A stretch of DNA of 62,829 nucleotides. Source: Candidatus Saccharimonadota bacterium (GTDB lineage: Bacteria > Patescibacteriota > Saccharimonadia > Saccharimonadales > 2-12-FULL-41-12). Positions 27,721 to 35,815 of this stretch are shown one piece after another (within the stretch, counting starts at the first letter, position 1; every line of letters starts with the position of its first letter). The stretch lies in the NCBI GenBank assembly GCA_016219345.1, contig JACRNE010000002.1, positions 1-62,829 on the forward strand, given 5' to 3'. The notes under the pieces were generated by a model, which did not search any database, was not told the origin of the DNA, and was given only the letters and a program-made list of their open reading frames with translations. The translations under genes and the position numbers were made by a program.

Positions 27721-28119
27721 TTAATCCCCAAGGACTAATCTTTCGCCAGCGCTATCAAATAAATGCACAGCATTTCTCATAGAGTTCCATCCATGCAAAG
27801 GGTTCTCCCTAATTTTTGCAGCCTGGAATGCGTCTTCCCAGATATCTTTCCTAACCTGATGCCTGTATTCCAAATCGTCTATACGGGACAGTGCGTTTCC
27901 TATTTCACATATAACCAGCCCAGTTGCATCATGTGTACCGTGGTTTTCCTTTAAGTCTTCTAAGCGACCCATAATTAGCAGCAAGGCCTCCTCGGGCGTA
28001 GATATCGCCAAAACTACTTCGTCAAAATCTCCCTCAAACTTATTTAGAGCATCATCGTAATGCTTGCCTATAGCCGTTTGCTCACGCTCTGGTCTGGCTT
28101 CAATATCTTCAATAGCCAT
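27721..28119 (-). CDS. hypothetical acidic protein
   Basis: 132-aa ORF, no recognisable motif; 39 nt downstream spacing to the nuclease gene. Confidence 0.45.
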   Translation of the reverse strand: MAIEDIEARPEREQTAIGKHYDDALNKFEGDFDEVVLAISTPEEALLLIMGRLEDLKENHGTHDATGLVICEIGNALSRIDDLEYRHQVRKDIWEDAFQAAKIRENPLHGWNSMRNAVHLFDSAGERLVLGD

Positions 28120-28187
28120 TTTACGCCCTCCAAATAAATGCTAAATATATGCCTCTAATAATTCCGTGTCAATCATAAGCAAAATTA

Positions 28188-29096
28188 TTATATCTTTGTG
28201 AAAAGTTCTGGTGATAATTCGGGCAAATCACCAAAATCGCTTATCAGCTTCTGAGTTATTGGTCCAACCTGAGATGAAATTTCTTTTTCGTCAATTACCG
28301 AACACCAGGTTATGTTTGTGGCAGATCCACTGAAGAAAACCTCGTCGGCTTCATATAGCTCCTCTGGCTTTACCTTTCGCTCAGTAACTTTTATATCGCT
28401 TCTATTTGCAATTTCTATAATGGTTTTTCTGGTAATACCCTCTAGAATATCGCTGTCGAGTGATGGAGTAATCAGCTCCCCATCTTTAACCAAAAATATA
28501 TTCATAACCGCACCTTCGCTCACATTACCGTTTTTATCTAGCATAATTGCCGAGTCATAGCCTTTACCGCGTGCTTCATCTATAGCTAAAGCTGAGTTTA
28601 TGTAACCACCCGTTGCTTTAGTCCGCGGCGGAATGGCATTATCACTATTACGCTGCCAGCTAGAAACACAAACTTTAAGCCCACTGCTGGGATCAAAGTA
28701 AGCTGGCATGTCTAGCATATAAACTGCCAGCTCGTAATCACCTGCTATATCCGGTGAAATATTAGTATCACTTCTATATACAAGCGGTCTTATGTAGGTT
28801 GTTGATGTCGGATTATTTTTAGAAGCTAGCTCTAAAATTATTTTTTTAATTTTTATAGAATCGAAATCATAACGAAAACCAAGAATCTCTACGCTCTTTC
28901 TCATTCTTTCTAGATGATCATCTAGCCTAAATATAGCGGGTCCATCTTGCGTCATAAAAATCTTTAGTCCACCGAAAATGCCTATTCCGTAATGAAGAGA
29001 ATTCGTCATGATCGATATTTGAGCTTGCTCAATCGGAACTATAGCTCCTTCGAAATAGGCATAGGGATACGGTTTAAAATTCTTTTTAATGGTCAT
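28188..29096 (-). CDS. ilvE: class IV (fold type IV) aminotransferase, branched-chain amino acid aminotransferase-like
   Basis: 302 aa; EGAVMNIFLVKDGELITP, GITRKTIIE; 4-nt overlap with pheA. Confidence 0.8.
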   Translation of the reverse strand: MTIKKNFKPYPYAYFEGAIVPIEQAQISIMTNSLHYGIGIFGGLKIFMTQDGPAIFRLDDHLERMRKSVEILGFRYDFDSIKIKKIILELASKNNPTSTTYIRPLVYRSDTNISPDIAGDYELAVYMLDMPAYFDPSSGLKVCVSSWQRNSDNAIPPRTKATGGYINSALAIDEARGKGYDSAIMLDKNGNVSEGAVMNIFLVKDGELITPSLDSDILEGITRKTIIEIANRSDIKVTERKVKPEELYEADEVFFSGSATNITWCSVIDEKEISSQVGPITQKLISDFGDLPELSPELFTKI

Positions 29097-30160
29097 TTTA
29101 CCTCAACGGGATAAGATCCAAGGATTTTGCATGTTCTCGTTAAATTATCTAGCTTTTGGAGTACTGACTTAACGCCCACGTCGTCTTTATGCCCGAGGAA
29201 ATCTATGAAAAAAGCATATTGCCCATCTTGATGAGGCTGTGATTCTAGTCGAGTCATAGAAATACTTGCATCAGCTAATATGCCTAGAAGTTCGTGAAGA
29301 GCTCCTGGCTTATCGTTTAAAACACATATAATAGACGTTTTATCATTACCCGTTGGTTTAGTTGGAAATGAGCCAAGAGCAATAAACCTAGTCTTATTAC
29401 CTGGAAGATCATTTATCCCAACCTCTAGCTTATCCAGGCCATAGATCTCTGCTGCATTTTTACTAGCAATTGCAGCACTTGAAATATGTTTATATGCAAG
29501 CTCAGCAGCGGCTGAGTTGCTGCTAGTTGGAATCTGTTTTACGTTCGGCAGATGCGTGGCTAACCAAGTCTTACACTGCCCCAAAGCCTGCGGATGTGCA
29601 TAAACGGACTTTATGTCTGAAAGATTTCTCTCTCTGGTCAATAGACAGTGGACAACAGGTAAGGTTACTTCTGAGACAATCCTAGAATTCGTATTGAACA
29701 AAAGTCTGTGAGTCTCCCGAACCGCACCTTCTGTAGAATTTTCTATCGGAATTACAGCCAGTTCAGAAGTGCCGGCCTCAACCGCTCTAACAACAGAAGA
29801 AATCGAATCTTCTGGGTGTAAATTAACAGTTGATCCAAATAGTTTAAGCGCGGCTTCCTCGCTGTATGTTCCTTTCGGACCCAAATAACTCACTGAGATA
29901 GGTCTTTCTAGCTGCAGCTGATCTCTGAACGTAGCTATAATTTGAGTAAAAATGGATTTTACGGCATCGCTCGGTAAAGGTCCTTTATTTTTGTCTTTTA
30001 ACTTTCTGATTATGTCTATTTCTCTCTCTGGTCTAATCGGCGCTTTACCTTGATCGGTGTTTTTAATCTCAAGGGCTTTCTTAGCGCGAGCATTCAACAG
30101 ATCAAGCAGATTCGCATCTATCTCGTCTATTTCCTGTCTGATTTTATTTATATCTGTCAT
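29093..30160 (-). CDS. pheA: bifunctional chorismate mutase / prephenate dehydratase (P-protein) with ACT domain
   Basis: CM_2 N-terminus (IRQEIDEIDANLLDLLNARAKKALEI), PDT core (VSYLGPKGTYSEEAA; TRFIALG), ACT (CVLNDKPGALHELLGILA). Confidence 0.9.
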   Translation of the reverse strand: MTDINKIRQEIDEIDANLLDLLNARAKKALEIKNTDQGKAPIRPEREIDIIRKLKDKNKGPLPSDAVKSIFTQIIATFRDQLQLERPISVSYLGPKGTYSEEAALKLFGSTVNLHPEDSISSVVRAVEAGTSELAVIPIENSTEGAVRETHRLLFNTNSRIVSEVTLPVVHCLLTRERNLSDIKSVYAHPQALGQCKTWLATHLPNVKQIPTSSNSAAAELAYKHISSAAIASKNAAEIYGLDKLEVGINDLPGNKTRFIALGSFPTKPTGNDKTSIICVLNDKPGALHELLGILADASISMTRLESQPHQDGQYAFFIDFLGHKDDVGVKSVLQKLDNLTRTCKILGSYPVEVK

Positions 30161-30163
30161 ATA

Positions 30164-30889
30164 TTAGGCCTTCAGCTCATCGTTTAATTTTTTTATAGAT
30201 TCAGTAAACCTTTGTCGCACGTCTTCCGCATATGGATTACCCAGCTCAACTGTCTTAAATAATTCTATACTGTGCGATGACTCTAACTCAACTAAATCCA
30301 TTAATTTCTGATAGTAGCCCGTAGTAAGTTCGCTTTTTGGTGGCTCGGTCCGCAAAAGCGCTCTTCCAACAAAAAAAGTGAGGCCATGAACCCAAGCAAT
30401 TTCTCTATCGTGATCTTCTGGGGTCATTTCTATTACTTCGAGCCTCAGAAAATCCCTTAGGGCGGATTTTATTTGATTAAAATTATCGACTTTTATTGGA
30501 TGAATGACTATTTTTTGACCTTTTATTTGACCGTCTTTTATAGTCTGTGGTCCAAAGAGCGGGTGCGTTGCAAGCAGCTGACATTTACCCCCCAAGACCC
30601 TTTCCATTATTTCGGCAGGCTTAACTTTTACAGAACAAACATCCGCAACAATTGTGCTGGAATCAACTAACGGTGCTATTTTTTTGCAAGTATCTTCCAG
30701 GTCATCCAATGTAGTTGATAGTATAACCAGGCTAGATTTAGCCACCTCTTCTATCTCAGCCTGTCGAATACCCTTCTTTAAATCACTAGATATATCTCTT
30801 TTGCTATAGACTAGCACTTCGCCATACGAAGCAAGATTCTCTGCAAGAAGTTTTCCAAAAGATCCATAACCAACAATCCCAAAAGTCAT
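30164..30889 (-). CDS. tyrA: prephenate (or arogenate) dehydrogenase
   Basis: Rossmann motif FGIVGYGSFGKLLAENL; HPLFGPQ motif; 3 nt upstream of pheA. Confidence 0.8.
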   Translation of the reverse strand: MTFGIVGYGSFGKLLAENLASYGEVLVYSKRDISSDLKKGIRQAEIEEVAKSSLVILSTTLDDLEDTCKKIAPLVDSSTIVADVCSVKVKPAEIMERVLGGKCQLLATHPLFGPQTIKDGQIKGQKIVIHPIKVDNFNQIKSALRDFLRLEVIEMTPEDHDREIAWVHGLTFFVGRALLRTEPPKSELTTGYYQKLMDLVELESSHSIELFKTVELGNPYAEDVRQRFTESIKKLNDELKA

Positions 30890-30931
30890 GCAATTATTCT
30901 ATACGCTATAGGGATATATAAAAAGCGATAG

Positions 30932-31828
30932 CTATTTATAAAAAGCAATGAAAGTTATGACGAATACAGCCAGCTTGATCAAGAAATCTGTAGAAACATA
31001 CTTGCCCTCTACGTCTAGGTATTGGCTAGTATTTGCGCCAGTCTTAATGTAGCGATATTGGATCAAGGCAATATTTATAAATCCAGTTAGAACTACAGCA
31101 GCAAGTACATAAACATACCAACTAAAGTTTTGTATGCCAAATAATCCTGTTCCTATCAAGCCAGATATCAGGGGTATCCAGGCCAAAAACCCTGTAAATA
31201 AACTTAGGTAGAACAGTGAAAATTGCTTTTGATTGTTTTTATTTTGCGCTTCGGACAGCAGACCCAGAATAGAGGTTACTAGGATTAACCCAGCAATCAT
31301 CTTTAGGGCAGCCATTTCGGTGACACCGCCGAGAACGCTTACGATTTCTAAAGTTAATGCTGATGATATACCAAGAAATATCCATCTTAGAGAAGAAACT
31401 TTGGCGCTGACACCTTTTTCGTAACGACTCCTTAATTTTGTTGCTAGAAGTATCGAGAAGATTGCACTTAAACCAAATACGACTGCTAGAAGATATCTCA
31501 CTTCAATATTTAACACATTTGTAAATGCAGGACCTAGGGTGTCCTCAGTTGCAGCTAATTCATCTTTGGTTGAATGAGCAAACAACAAATTTACAGATGT
31601 ATTTGATAAGAATATTACACTCAAAACAGCAAATCCTAGATAAGCTACAGCCGCAAACATGTTGAACTTATAAAGTTTCTCAAAAGTTACCATTGGTGTG
31701 GCCTTAGCCGTACTTTTTTTAGGTGCTGCAACCTTCTTGCTTGCTGTTTTCTTTTTTGAAGCGCTAGCAGAAGCTGATTTTTTTGTGGTTGTTTTCTTCT
31801 TGGATGAAGTTTTTTTGGCAGTAGCCAT
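30932..31828 (-). CDS. heliorhodopsin-like 7-TM protein with a Lys/Ala/Ser/Thr-rich N-terminal tail
   Basis: Seven predicted helices. By-memory alignment to heliorhodopsin 48C12 shows LYKFN/LQNFN, GLSAIF/GLSALF, LRW/FRW, GLLSE/GWLQE, ALIQYRY/ALVQYLQY and TM7 FLIKLAV/LVAKSAL (Lys285). An SD-like GGGAG lies 9 nt before ATG 31828. An alternative start at Met46 (31693) would give a 253-aa protein. Confidence 0.55.
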   Translation of the reverse strand: MATAKKTSSKKKTTTKKSASASASKKKTASKKVAAPKKSTAKATPMVTFEKLYKFNMFAAVAYLGFAVLSVIFLSNTSVNLLFAHSTKDELAATEDTLGPAFTNVLNIEVRYLLAVVFGLSAIFSILLATKLRSRYEKGVSAKVSSLRWIFLGISSALTLEIVSVLGGVTEMAALKMIAGLILVTSILGLLSEAQNKNNQKQFSLFYLSLFTGFLAWIPLISGLIGTGLFGIQNFSWYVYVLAAVVLTGFINIALIQYRYIKTGANTSQYLDVEGKYVSTDFLIKLAVFVITFIAFYK

Positions 31829-31855
31829 CTATAATATCTCCCTTTACTTTCCCCG

Positions 31856-31885
31856 TTGCCAGCTACTATAACACAAGAGTAATAT
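31856..31885 (+). promoter_or_regulatory. sigma70-type promoter placed for a leaderless msrA mRNA
   Basis: TTGCCA (31856-31861), 18 nt, TAATAT (31880-31885), then only 6 nt before ATG 31892; no SD. Confidence 0.5.
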
Positions 31886-31891
31886 AAAATC

Positions 31892-32419
31892 ATGAGTTCT
31901 AAGGCGACAATAGCTGGCGGATGCTTCTGGTGCATCGAGGCCATTTATCAATTAGTTAAGGGAGTTGATAAAGTGGTCTCCGGCTACAGCGGCGGTCATA
32001 CTGCCAATCCAACATATGAACAATTACATAAGGATGATACCGGCCATGCCGAAGCAGTTCAGATAGATTTTGATGATTCGGTGATTTCCTACGAAGAAAT
32101 ACTGCAAATCTTTTATTACGTCCACGACCCGACCACACCAAATCGCCAAGGCAACAATGTGGGCGCTGAATACAGATCAGTTATTTTTTATCATGATGAT
32201 AATCAAAAGAAAATTGCAGAAGATGTAACCAATAATTTTGCTAGATCGCTTTGGAACGATCCAATAGTTACAGAAATAATTCCTCTAGATAAATTTTGGC
32301 CAGCCGAGGATTATCATCAAAATTATTTCAAAAATAACCCAAACCAGGCCTACTGCCAGCTGATTATTAATCCAAAATTAGAGAAATTCCGATCCAAGTT
32401 TGAAGGCTATTTAAAGTAG
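31892..32419 (+). CDS. msrA: peptide methionine (S)-sulfoxide reductase MsrA
   Basis: Active-site GGCFWC near the N-terminus; 175 aa. Confidence 0.95.
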   Translation: MSSKATIAGGCFWCIEAIYQLVKGVDKVVSGYSGGHTANPTYEQLHKDDTGHAEAVQIDFDDSVISYEEILQIFYYVHDPTTPNRQGNNVGAEYRSVIFYHDDNQKKIAEDVTNNFARSLWNDPIVTEIIPLDKFWPAEDYHQNYFKNNPNQAYCQLIINPKLEKFRSKFEGYLK

Positions 32420-32421
32420 TA

Positions 32422-33954
32422 CTATTTTTCGAGCCTTAGTCGACTTATCAGCCAATCCCTGGGCAACATACTAAGAAACCAGCCGGCACGCGGACCAGAA
32501 CTTTTCCCTATTATCACCTTATACAAAACCTCAAAAAGTTCTTTTGGCTTTAAATCTATAGTGTCTTTAAAATCATAAATTGCTTTATGGAACCACTCAC
32601 CATCAGCTTCTGCTGGTGCTGACTGTATTTTTTCTGCCAATTCCTTTAGGTACTTCTTCTCTTCTTCATTGAATTCCGACTCTTCAATAGTATCTCTAAG
32701 ATCAAACTTAACGTCCTCGGGCGCCCATTTGTCTAGCCAGTTATCAATAAAATTCAGTTCATTTAAGATAATATCTTTTTGCATTGTGGCAGTGTCTTGA
32801 TGCTCTGTTCTGGCAATCACCTCTATAGTTTTTTCGGGATTTTTAAGCGTCGCCTGATAGCTGGCTACCAAATGCGTGAAAGGCACATTACTGACTGTCT
32901 GCTTATCAATCCCATAGGTACAAAGCTCTAATAAATGCTTTTCCTGTTCTGATTTATCCTGCTTAGCTACCAGCTCACTAAACTCATCAACCAGCCTCAT
33001 AAGAGTCGGACCTTCATCAAAGAATAGTTGCTTATCAGGCGATAGCTTAAGCAAGAAATACCAAACAACCTCAGGTGGTAAAACCTGTAATAGTTCAGCT
33101 GCCGTTATGGTATCTCCTGCGCTTTTACTCATCTTCTTTGTCTCACCTGAACGATTTATAAAATGATATGGGATTGGCAGGGGCGCTTTACCCCCAAAGA
33201 CTTTTTCAACGATTTGTTTCCCGGTATCGTATGATCCACCCTTTGTGGCATGATCCCTACCGAAAGGTTCAACGTCCACTCCTAGCAGCCACCATCTAGC
33301 AGCCCAATCAATTCGCCAGCTTAATTTAACTTCACCGTCTTTATAACTTGTTGACTGATCTTTACTGTCTTTGTCTTTATAGAAAACCTCTTTTTTGTCT
33401 TTATCAATGCTCACGAACTGACGATTTTTTAGATAGCCTTCTTCCATAATTTGCACCGGCGACCACTGTTTATCAAGCTCACGACCCGAAACATCCTCTA
33501 GAATTTTTCTAATTCCATCAATATTATCTAAGGCTTTTTCTATCGCCGGAACGAAGAACCCGCCCCTATATTCCTCATGTGCACGAACTACTTCCATCTC
33601 CAAGTTCATAGCTTTAGCGGCACTTAAAAGATCATTCAAGAAATAATCGGCATATGATTGATCCGAGCCATCAGGCGCGGGAATATCACATAGCGGCATA
33701 CCCAAATATTTACTAAATTCCTCTGGCACGCCTAAGGGAACTTTTCTAAAAACATCCAAATCATCGGCGACATGTATGTGCCTACTGTCTCGTCCGCGAC
33801 GCTTAATCTCACGAGCGATAACCTCAGCTGTCAGAACCTCGCGCAAAGTACCTAAATGATACGTCCCCGATGGCGAAACACCAGAGGAAACCACAATTTC
33901 GCCTTCAGGACGAAGAGCAATCACCTCATCTACAACCTTATTCAACCACTGCAT
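32422..33954 (-). CDS. lysK: lysine--tRNA ligase, class I (archaeal-type)
   Basis: SSGVSPSGTYHLGTLREV (HIGH-type), DDLDVFRKVP, and KMSKS; 510 aa. Confidence 0.9.
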   Translation of the reverse strand: MQWLNKVVDEVIALRPEGEIVVSSGVSPSGTYHLGTLREVLTAEVIAREIKRRGRDSRHIHVADDLDVFRKVPLGVPEEFSKYLGMPLCDIPAPDGSDQSYADYFLNDLLSAAKAMNLEMEVVRAHEEYRGGFFVPAIEKALDNIDGIRKILEDVSGRELDKQWSPVQIMEEGYLKNRQFVSIDKDKKEVFYKDKDSKDQSTSYKDGEVKLSWRIDWAARWWLLGVDVEPFGRDHATKGGSYDTGKQIVEKVFGGKAPLPIPYHFINRSGETKKMSKSAGDTITAAELLQVLPPEVVWYFLLKLSPDKQLFFDEGPTLMRLVDEFSELVAKQDKSEQEKHLLELCTYGIDKQTVSNVPFTHLVASYQATLKNPEKTIEVIARTEHQDTATMQKDIILNELNFIDNWLDKWAPEDVKFDLRDTIEESEFNEEEKKYLKELAEKIQSAPAEADGEWFHKAIYDFKDTIDLKPKELFEVLYKVIIGKSSGPRAGWFLSMLPRDWLISRLRLEK

Positions 33955-34017
33955 ATATATTACCTACATTATATCCCTAAATTCAGACTTCGATCTAGTG
34001 GTAGTCTTTTATTAAGA

Positions 34018-34476
34018 CTAGGAAATGTTGGTAATTTTGTAGGTTTTAGTGTCATTTGGAGTAGAGATTTCTACCGCGTCACTAACACTTTTACCCAAGA
34101 GAGCTTTACCTATTGGTGATTCATCAGAAACTTTACCTTCCAGAGGATCGGCTTCTACCGTTCCTACCACGGTGAAAGTCTTTAGGCCACTATCGCCTTT
34201 TAGCTTAACGGTACTGCCTAGAACAACTTTGCTTCCGCTCCTAGGCTTACTGATTACCTCTGTATTGGTCAAAATATGTTCTAATTCAGCTATTCTGGCC
34301 TCTGTTCTTTCATGGTCGTCTTTAGCTGCATGGTATTCAGCATTCTCGCTTAGATCACCCTGTTCACGAGCTGTCTTAATTGCCTCTGCAATTTCGCCAC
34401 GGCGAGCAATCAAAGAGTCAAGCTCCGTCTGAAGCTCTTTTATACCATCTTTAGTCATGTGAAATTGTTTTTTCAT
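34018..34476 (-). CDS. greA: transcription elongation factor GreA
   Basis: Coiled-coil N-domain with DLSENAEYHAAKD; C-terminal FKBP-like domain; start set at ATG 34474-34476. Confidence 0.9.
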   Translation of the reverse strand: MKKQFHMTKDGIKELQTELDSLIARRGEIAEAIKTAREQGDLSENAEYHAAKDDHERTEARIAELEHILTNTEVISKPRSGSKVVLGSTVKLKGDSGLKTFTVVGTVEADPLEGKVSDESPIGKALLGKSVSDAVEISTPNDTKTYKITNIS

Positions 34477-34552
34477 TATTCTCCTCCTCTTCTTGATATT
34501 CGGACACAAACCGAACACAAGAAAATGTGCCTATGATTATACCGATCTTGAT

Positions 34553-35803
34553 CTAGTTTGCAACTCGATCTAAAAGTTCTTTTACTGATACTATTTCTGT
34601 ATCATTGGATGTTCGCTTCTTATACTCTAACCCACCGGCTTCTAGTGATTTTTCACTAACAACTACACGCAGCGGTATACCGATGAGCTCCGCATCTGCA
34701 AATTTTTGTCCCGGGCCTACACTTCGATCATCAAATAATACTTCTACTCCCGAGTCTTTTAATTCTTTGTATATTTGATTAGCTTGATCTGTGATTTTAT
34801 TATCTTCGCCTACTGAGATCAGATAGACTTTGGCTGGAGCAACTGCTTCAGGCCAAACTATTCCCTTGTCGTCAGCAAATTTTTCAACCAAAACACCCAT
34901 TAATCTGCTTATGCCTATTCCATATGATCCAAGATGTACAAACTGAATTTTTCCAGCCTCATCAGTATATTTAAAACCCATTTCTTTACTTTTTATGACG
35001 TTAAAATCAAAAATATTTCCTACCTCAGCTGACTTAACTTCTTCTAACTCATCGCGTTTAAGACCCAATTTTTTTAACACATCATCGTTTAAAACTTCTT
35101 TATTTACTGCAATTTTCTTGGAACGACTTAAATATATAGTGTCTTCTCCGGCATCACAGATTGTTTGAAATTCATGGCTAAATTCTGTAAATGCCCCACC
35201 GCTAGCAAAGGTTAAAAACGTTTCACCACCGATTCCTAGACGATCAAAAACTCTATGATAAGCCTCTATACAATCTTGATAGAACTTATCGTGATCTTTC
35301 TGATCTAAGCTAGCCGAGTACATGTCTTTCATGACAAATTCGCGTCCTCGCATAATTCCGCTTTTGGATCTCAGCTCATTTCTAAGCTTCGTCTGGAATT
35401 GATAAACGTACGAGGGCAAATCTTTATAGCTAGACACGTGATTTTTCATCATCTCAACTATCGGTTCTTCGTGTGACCAGCCAAAGCCCACTTCGGTACC
35501 ATTTTTTAGTTTAGATTTGAACCAAATATCTACTGTTTTATCATCCCACCTGTTGGTTTTTTGCCACGTTTCCTTGGGCTGAAGGCTACTCATGATTAGC
35601 TCTTGCCCGCCAATGGCGTCCATCTCTTCACGAACAATCTGTTTTATGTTTTCTAAAACCTTTAGTCCCAGTGGGAGAAACGAATAAACACCAGCCATTT
35701 CCTTATGCACATAACCAGCCTTTATAAGCAACTGAGCATTTAGAGCCGTTTCATCAGCTGGTAGGTTTTTACTTGTTTTGGTAAATAGTTTGCTTAAATG
35801 CAT
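34553..35803 (-). CDS. proS: proline--tRNA ligase, short form lacking the INS editing domain
   Basis: 416 aa; LLIKAGYVHKEMAGVYSFLPLGLKVLENI, FRNELRSKSGIMRGREFVMKDMYS, and a C-terminal anticodon-binding domain. Confidence 0.92.
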   Translation of the reverse strand: MHLSKLFTKTSKNLPADETALNAQLLIKAGYVHKEMAGVYSFLPLGLKVLENIKQIVREEMDAIGGQELIMSSLQPKETWQKTNRWDDKTVDIWFKSKLKNGTEVGFGWSHEEPIVEMMKNHVSSYKDLPSYVYQFQTKLRNELRSKSGIMRGREFVMKDMYSASLDQKDHDKFYQDCIEAYHRVFDRLGIGGETFLTFASGGAFTEFSHEFQTICDAGEDTIYLSRSKKIAVNKEVLNDDVLKKLGLKRDELEEVKSAEVGNIFDFNVIKSKEMGFKYTDEAGKIQFVHLGSYGIGISRLMGVLVEKFADDKGIVWPEAVAPAKVYLISVGEDNKITDQANQIYKELKDSGVEVLFDDRSVGPGQKFADAELIGIPLRVVVSEKSLEAGGLEYKKRTSNDTEIVSVKELLDRVAN

Positions 35804-35815
35804 GTCTTTTCGACA

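Noticed and set aside
31687-31944. 85-aa ORF overlapping the 5' end of the heliorhodopsin-like gene and the msrA start.
   Set aside because: It is an alternative frame of the Lys-codon-rich tail region. It spans the divergent promoter and the msrA ATG, and there is no supporting signal.
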